From assembly GCF_018977255.1 (NCBI RefSeq), contig NW_024704742.1, positions 125,428,001 to 125,492,000 of the forward strand: a DNA stretch of 64,000 nucleotides, given 5' to 3'. Below are positions 50,493 through 63,269 of the stretch, one piece after another; position 1 is the stretch's first letter; every line of letters begins with the position of its first letter. The notes under the pieces were generated by a model, which was not told the origin of the DNA, ran no database searches, and worked only from the letters and a program-made list of their open reading frames with translations. Source of the stretch: Callorhinchus milii (Eukaryota). The translations under genes were made by a program, and so were the position numbers.

Positions 50493-51997
50493 TGGCTTGA
50501 TTCTATCATGTCACTCATGTAAAAACGAACCTCCCAAGGCATTTTACAAAATATAATTGATTAGAAATGAAAGTATAGAAGCAAAATATATAACAAAATC
50601 CGATTACAAGTGTGATTTGAGTTGGGAAAAATAGTTACCTCAAGCTGTTGGTCTTCTTATTATTATATATGGTGAAGCTTTAGAGCTTCAGGTAACTGTT
50701 AACAACCAACAGTTTTATGTGCCGTGTGGAGCACTTAGCGAAGCTCTGTGCACGTATGTGGAGCAAAACTAGGGGAGAGTCCACTGCAGACCTGACATTA
50801 TACTCGCAGGAAAGCAGCTCCTAACCCTCCAATATAGGTGGTGGTTTGATATCATGACTTTAGAATAACTGAGACATTTAGTGGACTACTACAGCAGGGC
50901 ATCACATGGTGAGATACGTTAATCTGCGTTTTGGTCATTACCAACACTTCATCCTCAACAGTTTGAAAATCGTTTTGACTTAAAGACCAAACTGCTGGTA
51001 ATAAAGCACTGCTCCTCTGTGCACATGTGTGATATAAACACAGCTGGCTTTTGTTCAACACACGTGGTGTAAAACTACCATAATTGCTATAATTCCCTCT
51101 AAAGGTTTTACAATTGTGCCAGGCCTTAAATATCTGAGCAAGAGGTGTTAAATGACAAGCTTATGCATGAGTAGTTTGTATCTGATTAACCCTGGATGAA
51201 TCATGAATGGTGCTGTAATGAATTCTTGGTCAACAAGCAACCTTGTATTAATGTAAACTTATTGCAGACCTGCCACATATTCAGAAACAGTAGTATGCTT
51301 GTCATGAAGCAATAATGCTTCTCATTGCTGTTGATTTCATGTTGCTACCCACTCTCATGACAATGAAAATTGAATATTTATAATAGCTATATTGTCGATG
51401 ACAATTACAGCAGCTCAATTTGAGACTGCAGTCCTGAATAAACATTTAGCTATAACAAAAATGGCCCAGAGTTCCTTTTGATAGGCAGGAATGGCATTAC
51501 TGACAAAGAACCTTTATGCCTACTGTTCGTTCCTTTTCCACTATTGGCAATAATCAGAGATAAGAAGCTTCAAAATGGCCAGCAAGAGGATTCTGAAGTA
51601 TGGTCTTTGCTCTTAGTTAGAGCAGCTAATGTACATCTAGTCAAGTGGCTTAGGAGGGAATGAAGGGCAACAAGAGGAAGCTATTTTCTCTTTCCCAATT
51701 TCTCTGCAAACACAAAGCTAGAGCCTTCCCCCATGGAGGATAGGATGTGTGTGAGATAGATATAGCAGGTAGGGTACAGGAAAAGAACAAGGAACTGGAA
51801 TTAAGGATTACAGCTCCATTGAAAGTGGCAAGGTCAAAGATGAAGATAATCAGGAGATTTTAAAGATGGATAGAGAGGGAACAAAGTGAAGAGTTTTAAT
51901 GATGGGTTCCAGAAGGTAGGATTGGTGGCTGAAGACTGAGGGGGGAAATGTGGTATGTGATATAATAATTACTTCACAACGCATTCTTATCCATTTC

Positions 51998-52214
51998 AAT
52001 AATAATAATAATCCTTGCATTTGATGCAGCACCTTCATTTTCAGGCAATGATTCAAAGCACTTCACAGGATTTACTGTAAAGTGGAGGAAAGTTTTCTCC
52101 ACTGTGTGTTTTGTAGGCAATCAGCAGCCAATTTGCACACAGCAACGGCTCACAAACAGCCATGAAGTGAATGACCAATTTTAATTTGGAGGATTGTTGG
52201 CCAGGACACTTCTT
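51998..52214 (-). mobile_element. SINE family B 3' part (body duplicated at 52609-52725)
   Basis: Tail and body motifs. Confidence 0.82.
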
Positions 52215-53913
52215 TCAGAATTTTATGCAAAGGTTTCATAATTTGTTTTTGATGTTGTAAAACCAATTGCTAAACACCAATAACATTAATTCTTAAGTGA
52301 AGCCACAGAACACATAATAACAAGATTCAATAACAGTTTATTGTTCAGCCATCTGACATACTAAAATGTCGGTAACAACCTCAATTTCCCACATGAGCTA
52401 ATTGAATGTATTAAACAGAAACAACCAATTTATATAAAGGTTTCATACAAACTCTGAAAGTTACCAATAAACTTTGATTTCACCATGTAAGCAATAAATT
52501 CTGTCTGCCGACACACAAACTCATGTGTGCCCAAACACGTGCACACACATTATCACAGAATATGAAAACTGCAGCTCTAAGCCACTTCTATAATTATGGA
52601 TGAACAAGTCTCCACTGTGTGTCGTAGGCAATCAGCAGCCAATTTGGACACAGCAATGGCTCACAAACAGCCATGAAGCGAATGACCAATTTTATTTTGG
52701 AGGATTGTTGGCCAGGACACTTCTTAGATAGTGAAAACTATTACCTATTAGGGGGTGGCACATGTTTCCAACCAAGTGGTTTCTTCCTTTTCAAACACCA
52801 GTCTCCGCCATTATTTTTTACTTTTCAAGCGGACAATTTTTGCTTTAAAAATTGTAAGCCTTATAACAGCTGCTTAAGGTAGTTTTAGTTCAATATTTGT
52901 TTTCCAATATTGATGTGTGAAAGTGGGGTGAAATCCACACTTTCCCCCTGCCAAACATTTGCTGTTTACCAATCAGTGGCCTAGGTAGATGTAAAAATTC
53001 AGTTAGGGTTTCCGCTCTAGATTAAAATCCTACTAGAAAATTCTCGTGTATGCCTGTTTGGTAAGGACTAGGTCAGATCCTACTGTGATACCGTCCATGC
53101 TTGAAATAACCTGCACACTTATGGTCAAGCTCACACCTGAAGAATGAAACAGTTAGACAAGATACTAGAGAGCAATTGGCACTCAATGTGAATCTTTACT
53201 ATCAGAACACTGGAGTAAAGTGGGGAATGTTTTTTAAAAAGCCTATGAGAAACTGTGTGTTTACAACTGTCAGGAAAGGATAGGATCCGGCTTTCACAGT
53301 CACACAGCCTGCCCACACTTCCACTTTGTGCTTGAGAATCGAAATTCACATCAAGGAATTATCTGGTCCCATTGCCTGAAATCTGAACGAATAAAGCAGA
53401 AAAAGATAGAATTAGTCAAATGCTAGAATAAGCATGAATACAGAATGGGGGAAGCAGAGAAAAGTAGAATTAAAAAGTAATAAAAGGAAAACAGAAATTA
53501 TATTTTCCACTTCATGTCAAAATGAAATTCTAACTGCCTGCAGAGTCGGATGATAAAGATCCCCTGACTTTAGCTGAAACTTCAAAACTGCACAGTTAAG
53601 GCTGTAAAATTATTTAATTTTATTGAAATTTTTTCCCTGCATTTAGTTTAGTGGTTTACGGTAAATATTAAAAAATCATAAGAGTGAGCTGGATGAAGAA
53701 AGCCCTTCAGCCCATTTGATCTCACACACCCTACCATCCATCTCTATAACATCAAGCTGTTTGTTAAATAAGTCCAGCATCCACCCAAGTTGTGGTTTTC
53801 AATAACACATTCTTCAATAACTTAATTCAAAATCCAGAGCGTGTAAGAGTGTGACAGAATATGAGCTTAAAATACATCCATAATTCTTCCTACATTTGAT
53901 ATAGTGCTATCAT

Positions 53914-54290
53914 GGAGTCCTGTAGCTTAGCTTAGCACTCGCCTTGCAAACGAGAGGAACTGGGTTCAATTCCCGGCAGTGCGAAATGTTGGGCAAGTTT
54001 CCTAACTCCACACGCCTCTGTTTTCTTAGCAGTAAGTAGGAACCCAGTTGTTAGTCGATTGGCAGATCGCTTTTCTGAGCGTAATAATTCTTTCAAAAAT
54101 AAATAAATAATAATTTGGTCACTTAATCCATGACTGTTTATGGGACATTGCTGTGCGTAATTGGCTGCCGCATTTCGCCCAAAAAATATACAGTCAATTT
54201 ACTTTACAGTATATTCTGCGAAGCGCTTTGAAACGCTAGAAGACATGATAAGGCGATAATAAATGATATTACAATATCAAATGTAAGGAT
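53914..54290 (+). mobile_element. Full SINE family A (long form)
   Basis: GGAGTCCTGTAGC...GGGTTCAATTCC, TTGGGCAAGTT...GCCTCTGTTT and tail. Confidence 0.9.
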
Positions 54291-54475
54291 TGTGTGTTTC
54301 AAAATACAAGGATTATTGTAGTATTTCACATCCAGATGACAACAACAATAACAACGTTAATTTATATGGTGCCTTCAGGCGGGAGAGAATCTCAGAGTGC
54401 ATAACAGTGGTGGAGTTTGACACTGAGTCGAGGAGAATGGGGAGTGTTGCAAAGCACTTCATAGGATTTACTGAA

Positions 54476-55258
54476 ACCCACCCTCGATCCCTCTAATCTG
54501 TTACACCACTGTCCCATTTCCAACCTACCTTTCCTTGCCAAAGTCCTGGAACGCATTGTTGCAGGTCAACTGTGGACACATCTCTCCCTCCACGCCCTCC
54601 TCGAGCCCCTGCGGTCTGGTTTTTGCCCTGCCCACAGCACAGATACAGCGCTTGTCAAAGTCACAAAAAACGTGCTCTCTATCTGTGACCTCTGCCTCCT
54701 CGTACTCCTGTTTGTCAACTCCTGCCTGGATTACTCAAACACACTCCTCGCTGGTCTCCCCAGCTCCACTATTCAAAAGATCCAGCTATTCAGAACTCTG
54801 CCGCCCGCATACTGATCCAGACCAAACTCTGTACCCACATCTCACCAGTTCTGGCCAGGCTCCACTTGTTCTCCATCACCAAATGGATCGACTTCAAGAT
54901 GCTCAAACTCGTGTTCAAATCCCTTCCTTCACTCTATGGCACCTCCCTACCTCTCCGACCTCCTCACTCCCCAATCCACCATCCGGCACCTCCTGCTCAT
55001 CCCTCGCTCCCTCAGTCCCATCATCAGAGGTCGCGCTTTCAGCCACTACACCCCAAAACTCTGGAACACTCTCCCTCAATCCCCCCGCCTTGCCCCCTCT
55101 CTCCCTCTTTTTAAGTACTGCCTGAAAACCTTCCTCTTCGACCGTGCTTATGGCCACCACCCTACTGCCCGGCTCAGAATCAGGCTCTACCACTGTTAAG
55201 CGTTCTGAGACGTATCCCTGCATGGAGGGCACCATATAAGTGCAAGTTGTTATTGTTA
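54476..55258 (+). mobile_element. Internally deleted L2 LINE
   Basis: CCCATTTCCAACCTACCTTTCCTTGCCAAAGTCCTGGAA (PISNLPFLAKVLE), RAFSHYTPKLWNTLP and L2 tail. Confidence 0.85.
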
Positions 55259-55264
55259 TATTAT

Positions 55265-55529
55265 AAGGTGCAGTGACTGTGTGTTTTTGTTGGCAAATAA
55301 CCAATTTGCGCACAGAAATGTCCCAAACCATCCATGAAATGAATGACCAATTTTATTTGGGGATGTTAGCTGAGGCATGGGAGAAACTCCCTTCTCTTTT
55401 CAAAAAATGCCATGGGATCTTTAACATCCACCTGAGCAGAGAGACAGGACAAGCTTCACATCCTCAGCACCGGGCTGGATTGTGAACCTAGACTATGAAT
55501 TCAGACTCCTGACGTGAGGTGTGAACCCG

Positions 55530-55561
<32 letters not shown>

Positions 55562-55571
55562 AACTGAGCCA
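55265..55571 (-). mobile_element. SINE family B
   Basis: TGCCATGGGATCTTTAACATCCACCTG...AACCTTCTGACTCAGAGGCAAGAGTGCTACCAACTGAGCCA. Confidence 0.85.
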
Positions 55572-56269
55572 TATTGTTACGTGACAAAGATGTGAGATTT
55601 AAACCTCCTGGCAGTCGAAAGGTGAACATATCCACAATCTTTGATATAGTTTGTATACCTTTTATAGATACCTGTTAGGAGCCTGATGATTATTTTGTTT
55701 CCGTACATTTAAGTTATATCACTTTTCGATACAGTATTAGGAACTGTGGGCAGCATCCATCAATTTTATTTTACAAACAAAGGTTGTGCTGAATTGTACA
55801 GTCTGCAGTAATAGTAGTTCACATTTAGTGCTTATCGTGAAATATTTCTTTTGATACCAGAATTGGCCTTGGTGTATTACGGCTAAGTTTCATTTGTACG
55901 CTGTAAATTAACCACATGTCTTCTTCCCAAGGCAGCAAATTATCAATTAAGGTATTTATTAATAGGCGTTAGTGAATAAATAAGCTCGCTAATGACATTG
56001 CAGTGCTTTTATGTTTTCTAAACATGTATGCAATTAAGGCATATTTCAAGTAGGGCTTAATATCTTCTCTGGAAAAGCAATCCCAAATCACAAATTTAGC
56101 ATATATATTCTGCCACAAATTACACTAGTGTAATTGACTGAGTGATTGGAATTTAATAATGTTGACTATAATGCAAGCATAGAGAGAATTTAACACTTGT
56201 GAGGCATAATTGCTATATGTCATGTTTTACATTTATGTTGCACCTTTCACGGTGGGAGAACATCTCAAA

Positions 56270-56560
56270 GGGGAGGAGAAAATCAACAAATGCATGGTCA
56301 AAGAGATACGGCTTGAGAGGGCTTTGAATGTAGGGAAGGAGAGAGCGAGTTGGGGGAATGGAGTTCCAGAGAATGAAGATGTGTAGCTTTTACAAACATT
56401 GCATTAGGTTGTTTATTGAAAGAAACAGTAACACATTGGGTGTCATCCATATACATATGGAAGTGAACCCCCACGCCTGTGAAAGACATCACCAATTGGG
56501 AGCATGTAGATGAGGAAAAGGAGGATAGAACCTGCAGAACATTGCACAAGAGAGGAGGTC
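56270..56560 (-). mobile_element. Degraded L2 fragments
   Basis: Minus translations YMLPIGDV and FHMYMDDTQ. Confidence 0.7.
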
Positions 56561-56824
56561 ATCAGACATGGCATGAAGTTGCTAAGACAGGAGGTAGTAA
56601 AATTACAAATGTACAGATTCTTAGAAATGTACCAGGGAGGAGAAACAGTCGAGAAGGATGGAGTGGCCCACAATGCCTTTTAGATAAATGATTGATAAGT
56701 CATACTACTCAGTTAAATGCACCAACTGACTTGCTGTTGTATGGAAAGGTCCCAGTGCCATGCAAATGGTTAAAACCAATCTGAACACCACAAAAAAAAC
56801 AACTGAGACAACTCAGCCTTATGA

Positions 56825-57480
56825 AACAACAACAACTTGCACTTATATAACGCCCTCCACGCAGGGTAGCATCTCAGAATGCTTAAAAGTGGCAGAGCCG
56901 GGGTGGGAGGTGATCGTAAGCATGGTCGAAAAGGAAGGTTTTCAGGCGGGACTTAAAAAAGGGGACAGAGGGGATAAGGCGGAGGGATTGAGGGAGAGTT
57001 TTCTAGAGTTTCAGGGTGTAGTGGCTGAAAGCGTGACCTCCGATAGTAGTGCAGAGAAGTAGGAAGGTGCCAGGGAGTGGATGGCGTGGTTAACTGTGTT
57101 GAATGGGGCAGAGAGATCCAGGAGGATGAGGAGGCAGAGGGAGCCCTGGTCACTGATAGAGAGGACTTTGACAAGTGCTGTCTCTGTGCTCTGGGCAGGG
57201 CGAAAACCAGACTGCAGGGGCTCGAGGAGGGAGAGGTGTGACCGAAGTTGACCTGTAACAATGCATTCCAGGACTTTAGCAAGGAAGAGTAGGTTGGAAG
57301 TGGGATGGTAATGTGAGAGATTAGAGGGATCAAGGGTTAGCTTTTTGAGGATGGGTGAGATAACAGCGTTTTTTAGAGGGGAGTGGAACCGAGCCTGGGG
57401 ATAGAGACTGGTTGACCAGCAGGGGGGAGAGGATGGGGAGTTGAGTGACCAGCAGCTGGGTGAGGAGGGGGTTGTGGCAG
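56825..57480 (-). mobile_element. Internally deleted L2 LINE
   Basis: Reverse complement closely matches 54476-55258; (AAC)n tail at about 56825. Confidence 0.85.
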
Positions 57481-57569
57481 CAGTTGGTGAACTTCACCTG
57501 CTGCCAGAAAACCAGCGAAGTTCAGACCAGTTTGGATGTGTTCCACAACCATTCCAAGATTTATTATGC

Positions 57570-58222
57570 TAACAAGGGACAAGGAGGAAGCAGGAGCCAA
57601 CAGAGTGGAGACTGCAGGTAGTGGAGTAGGAAGTAAGGAGGTCTGAGAGGTAGAGGAATACCAGGGCATGAAGGGTTTTATAGATGAGTGAGAGGATCTT
57701 GAAGTCTGAGATAGGGGGCCAGTGGCGCCTGGTGAGGACTGGTGTAATGGTGGTATGGTGTTTAGTGGGGGTAATTATATGCGCAGCAAAGTTTTGAATT
57801 AGTTGGATTTTGTGGATAGTTGAACGGAGAAGACCAGTGCGGAGTGCCTTTCAGTGGTGGAGGCGGGAGGTGACGAAAGCATGGATGTTTTCGGCTGCAT
57901 TGGATGTGAGGTATGATCAGAGGCAGGCAATGTGGAGGAAAGCAGTCCTGGTCAGGGACCAGATGTCGGATAGGAAGGACATCTGGGGATTGAACCTGAT
58001 CCCTAGGTTACACACAGATTATGTAAGACTTAGGGTTAGGCCGAGGAGGTTGAGGAGGTCAGAACTACAGGAGAGAAGACATTGACGGGAGCCAAGGAGT
58101 AAGGCTTCTTTCTTGTTAATATTCAACTGCAGTAAGTTAGCGCTCATCCGGACCTTGATGTCTGACAAGCAAGCTGACAGAACATCAGCGGACCTGGAGT
58201 CACAACTGGAGGAGAAGTAGAT
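57570..58222 (-). mobile_element. L2 LINE 3' ORF2 remnant
   Basis: ATATTCAACTGCAGTAAGTTAGCGCTCATCC (minus: WMSANLLQLNI) and L2 C-terminal motifs. Confidence 0.75.
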
Positions 58223-58289
58223 TCAAACTCAAAAGAGGGATAGATGACTGATTGAGAGTTATGATAGATAGAATAGCATAAGCAGGGTG

Positions 58290-58490
58290 TCCAGGTCAAC
58301 AATACCCCAGATAAAATTGATCATTCGCTTCATGGCTGTTTATGGGACATTGCTGTGGGCAAATTGACTGCCGTGTTCACCTACAAAATACATTCACTTC
58401 ACAGTAAATCCTGTGAAGTGCTTTGAGACATCCTCCCGATGTGAAGGATACTATACCAAAATGCAAGGATTATTGAATGTTATGATTATT
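58290..58490 (+). mobile_element. SINE family B 3' part
   Basis: Body and tail motifs. Confidence 0.8.
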
Positions 58491-58566
58491 ATTTAGTTTT
58501 TTTAAATAAATATAGGTTAGGTCTGGCCAGATGGACTGTTATAATCTTATCCCATCCTGTACATAC

Positions 58567-58683
58567 CTTTGTTGCTGTGCTCCCAGGTCATTGTTGAACA
58601 TGAACTGTATGAGCCAGGAGGCAAATTCTGTTTGAAATATCTGTGTTTCCAGGCACTCAGTCATATAGAAATAGTCTGCTCTA
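58567..58683 (-). other. Candidate exon (117 nt, phase 2-2, open)
   Basis: ttccagttcctgcacag|TAGAGC...CAACAAAG|gtatgt; encodes RADYFYMTECLETQIFQTEFASWLIQFMFNNDLGAQQQ, which I do not recognise. Confidence 0.35.
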
Positions 58684-59110
58684 CTGTGCAGGAACTGGAA
58701 CAACTGATTGGTACATGTACGTGTTTGATTTATAATTATCCAACAATTGCAATTCTTTACGAAATTTACAAATGTAATTACATTTCTAAGTGCCTTCCTT
58801 GAAAAGCAGTCACAATCATACACAAGAACAATAATTATTGCGTTCCTAACCAGCCCTGCAATATTAAATGTCCTTAATTTGAATGGGGCATGAGTGTGTG
58901 TATATGTGTGTGGAAGGGGTGGGGGTGTCTACTAGTTTACTCTTGTATGCAGACAGTGGAAAAGGCGTCAGAAAGCAAGGCTGGGAATCAAATAACCTTC
59001 AGTGCTTAGGATGTCATGTACTATTTATCTAACCTCCTGGCCCACTGCTGTTGTTCCTGAGCCAGTGTAAATTTATCAGCAGGCGTCTGGCAGGTGCAGG
59101 TGAGACTCAC

Positions 59111-59188
59111 AGTGTCCAGAAACTTGTCCCCAGTCTCAGTTTAACTCTTTCACGGCAGCCTTCTGATTTCTCGTCATCTCTGCAAAGT
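59111..59188 (-). other. Candidate exon (78 nt, phase 2-2, open)
   Basis: Pyrimidine tract...gttacag|ACTTTGC...GGACACT|gtgagt; encodes LCRDDEKSEGCRERVKLRLGTSFWT. Confidence 0.35.
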
Positions 59189-59553
59189 CTGTAACTCACC
59201 AAAGCACAAAAGCAAAGAGAGCATCACAAATTATACAAGGAGCAGGCAAATGGCGAATAAAAAAAGTTGTTTAACAAATATTTTAATAACTACCAGCAAT
59301 TTTGCGTTGCTATATTGAACAGATTGATGACAAAATGCTATTTTTGGAAGTAGATGGTTAAATTTTGGGGTTGCTATGGTTATTATCTGCCAGACGATTT
59401 CAAAGCTTGTCATCATGATGTGTTTAATTTATAAACCCGATCCAGTCCAACGGCTCCACAAAAAAGGCCCAGAGATATTTTCTTCATAACTTTCCTTGAT
59501 TTATTTTTCAATGTCAGAAAGACAGGACATTCATCACGCCAATGTCTCTTCAC

Positions 59554-59597
59554 CTTGAGATGATGACATTTAGTCTCCTTCCACAAAGGAGATATTC
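59554..59597 (-). other. Candidate exon (44 nt)
   Basis: ccctttttcag|GAATATC...TCTCAAG|gtgaag; strong acceptor, weaker donor. Confidence 0.25.
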
Positions 59598-59972
59598 CTG
59601 AAAAAGGGATCAACCTCACATTAGCCCAGTGGATACAGTATAATAAATGAAAGGTCTGCTTTGTTTCAGTGACTCAATCGACTGGCTGTTTACATTCTAA
59701 ACTCAACCCTTCAGAATTTGTGGTAAGGTGTTAAAGGCTCCTAGAGTTGAAACCAATGTCATGTCATGGCATCTTTAAATATCACACATTTTGCGTAAAA
59801 TGGGTAAATATTAATTGAACTAAAATAATTTTTCGTAAACTGTTGTTGGACACGTGGTACCAGATGGTAGATCTTTGCACGAGAGAAAAGATTAGAATTT
59901 ATAGCAATCGTGTATCCATTCTGTGGGGTTTTGGCCTTAACGCTTTTTTGGCATGAAGACAGCCCACAAGCT

Positions 59973-60131
59973 TAATAATATTAATAATAATAATAATAAT
60001 AATCCTTGCATTTGATATAGCACCTTATCACATCTTCGAGATGTCCCAAAATGCTTCACAGAATATACTGTAAAGTGAATTGACTGTACATTTTGTGGGC
60101 AAGTGCTCTAACCCCTATGCTACAGGACTCC
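59973..60131 (-). mobile_element. Internally deleted SINE A (head joined to tail)
   Basis: Tail...TTTTGTGGGC|AAGTGCTCTAAC...GCTACAGGACTCC. Confidence 0.8.
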
Positions 60132-62223
60132 ACAAGATGGACCACAATAATCTTTTCCAGTCTTGGTACATTTTTGTATAACTCTTGAGAAGTTGCTGAA
60201 CACTCTCAGTTCTCACTGACTTTTTTTTTTACATTCCACTCATCCCACAGGATTCTAGAGTTTGGTCGAACTAAGATCAGCTGTTTGGCTCCAGGTTTGG
60301 TTTTACATAATCATAATATTTTATAGGATTGGGATAAAATAAAAGGAAAGTGAGTGGGTTGCTACATGTGTTGTCTGGTCAAGTTAACATTTGCACTTAA
60401 AATATGTTATGAGTAATGGTCCAGAGCAGTACTGAACACTACTATTTTCCGCTTGATTTTAAGATGGAAATAGTATTAGGAAAGTCCACAGTGTCTGTAA
60501 AAAAAATACAAAATAGAATAAATGTGTACAGCTTAACAGAACCTGGGATATTCATTCCATTAATGCAAATAGGTTGCATTAATAATAATAATCCTTGCCT
60601 TTGATGTAGCGCCTTAGATGTCTCAAAGCGCTTCACAGAGTATATTGTAAAGTAAATTGGCTGTGTATTTTGTGGGCGAAACATATTTTGTGATTGCCCT
60701 TTGTTTCTGCACTTTATTGTTCCAGTGTGTCAACTAGGGACGGTTCCAGCTTTTGCAAGGTAGATACAGAGCAAATGTGAATGTAACAGTGTCGTGTAAA
60801 TAAAGCAGGAAAGTTGTCATTCTCAACTTCAACGGTGGGTGGGCTGTCCTAACAGTCCTGAGGGGCAATTTGTCACCCGTGTTGAGACATTGAAGAGCCA
60901 GCTACATTGTCAGCCATCCCCCCACCTCTGAAATCTGTTTAAACTAGGGTGTTATAGACCAGGAAAAGCTCTGATCTTGTACCTAGATTTTGCTTGTCCA
61001 CCTCATTTCCCAACTATTTTCACTTAACTAATTGACGACTGAAAAACTATGCTTTCTTTTGTGAAGTGAGACTTTACAATAAAATAAGTGCTACAAAGTA
61101 AAACATGCAAAGTGGAACTAAGTATAATAACTGGGTGAATTTGCGTTTTATTGTGGATGGAGCTGGCACACAAATATTATTTGATCCTCTAAGTTTGATG
61201 TACAATAAGGAACGTGTCCATTGTCTCTCAAATTGCCTAAAGCAAGGTAGACTTGGAGCGGAGTTTCCAGGGGAGAACCACTTAATATTTTTCTCTCGAC
61301 TCTTAAATCTGTAAGATTTTTTACCCCTCCTCCCTCTGAATTCTGTCTACCTGCATTGCAAACAATAGTTTCTCCTTTATTCAGTTTCTCAGCCAAAGCC
61401 AACAGTGAGAATATTAGGATAATAGGAAATGGATTTGTGTGGATTATTTTAAAACACTCAGAAATTCAAGCTGAATGGGGTGTATTTATGAGACTGATTC
61501 ACTCTTCAATATTGCTCCATGAGATCATATTAATAAATTATATTGGGAATCTCAATATTTCCTTTTTTTTCCCCACAAAAAATATGGTCTTTCACTAAGA
61601 AGTGATGTAATATAGTGTATCAACTGGCGACGTAACTACATCACCTGATTTTCATTGTAAGTAAATATGTGATCATTTGATATGGGAGGGTCAACATGTT
61701 GTATAACCATATGGCATACTTGCTTTAATTCTGTTACAATTTTCCAGATATTTACTGATAGAAACCTGAATACACAACAGGATTTGAGGAAGTGTGCACT
61801 ACAAATGAAGAATGCAGATGAGAAAGTTCACCCAGGTGTTTGCCTGGCAGAATCCCCCCATCTCCTTTACCATCTCTTCTTTTATTTAACAGGCTGGTAG
61901 ACCTGGTTGCAAATGGTTTTCTCTTGGTCCTAAAGCCCACTTAGTTTCAAGACATTTTGAGATCAATGAAAAAATCGGCACAAATCACCTGAGATTTATA
62001 AATTTTAAGCACATTGAAGTTATTGGAAATGTGAACATGGATTATTGTAGTGCTATAATTAGTAAATTAGCTTTTTTCTTCATAATTTCATAACATGGCA
62101 GTTATTTAGGAGTGACAATATCTTCAATAAAACATTCTTCTCCCTGTTTGTGATAGAAGAAATGTATACAGGGGCATCTTCCTTTCCTACAAAGCTCCAG
62201 CTATGGGGCGATCTGTCCCACTT

Positions 62224-62425
62224 AATAATAATAATCCTTGCATTTGATATAGCATCTTATCATATCTTCAAGACGTCTCAAAGCACTTCACAGGATAGAC
62301 TGTAAAGTGAATTGACTGTGCATTTTGTGGGCGAAATGCGGCAGCCAATTACGCACAGCAGTGTCCCACAAACAATCGTAGATTGAGTGACCAAATGAAT
62401 ATATTTTTTGAAGGGATTATTAACC
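62224..62425 (-). mobile_element. SINE family A 3' part
   Basis: Tail and body motifs. Confidence 0.88.
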
Positions 62426-62521
62426 CTTGTTTTATATAGTTTTTTTGATTAGCCAGGTGTCTGACACATGCAGAAACCCATCACCATGCTTAAGAGCATC
62501 CAAACCATATAGTATTTTACT

Positions 62522-63115
62522 GACTGGCAATGGAGTGATGTGCCTGACCCTTAATTGTTTAAAATCCCATGTGACTGGGGCTGTGTCAGTCTAAAGTGTG
62601 CTGATCCGGTTCTGTTACACAGTGGAACTGGGCTGTCTTGTCTGCCTGACTATTGTTCTGACTGTATAGAAATCGCATCAACCAAGCACACTGGTAAAGT
62701 TTATGTTGCTGTTTCTGAAGCTGCTGTCTTGAGTGTATAGAGGCAGAATCCACTTGACTTTATCTTGATATCATTACACATTAACCGAGACAGGCTCAGT
62801 CAGTGGGGATCTGATTGTGCAGATGTAGACTGCAGCTCCACTCTTTCTCTCTCCCTAACTATTATTCGGCTGATATGTGTAATAAAGCTGAAGCACTTTC
62901 TCTGCCTGGCACAAACTAACCTAACTGTACACAGACTGGATGAAGTTTGACCATAAATATATTCCGAGTTTGCCTGACTTCATGTGGTCTCCGTGGACTC
63001 GTGACACAGAGAAGTTCGTCTGATATGAAGATGAACAGGGAATGGAGCCCTTTTTGTGATTCTGCATCGATCTGGTTACAGAGAGCCTCAGACCTGGCTA
63101 CTGTATATTGATCTG

Positions 63116-63154
<39 letters not shown>

Positions 63155-63260
63155 GAAACCAGAGTGGCTTGCCTGACTCTATAGTAATCGGATTATATAG
63201 AGACTGGAGCTGGTGCAGTCTGCCTGACGTTCTGCTGCCCTGAATACATCAGGCTGGACT
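62522..63260. repeat. Degenerate ~50-bp minisatellite containing a (TG)n run at about 63120-63151
   Basis: Recurrent CTGG(A)...TGCCTGAC...(A)CTGTA unit. Confidence 0.55.
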
Positions 63261-63269
63261 GCCAACCTC

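Noticed and set aside
59195..59224. Minus-strand ATG-LSLLLCF-G|gtgagt resembling an Ig/TCR leader, with CACAGTG at 59108
   Set aside because: Leader too short, no V exon, and no nonamer at 12 or 23 spacing; better read as a pyrimidine tract.
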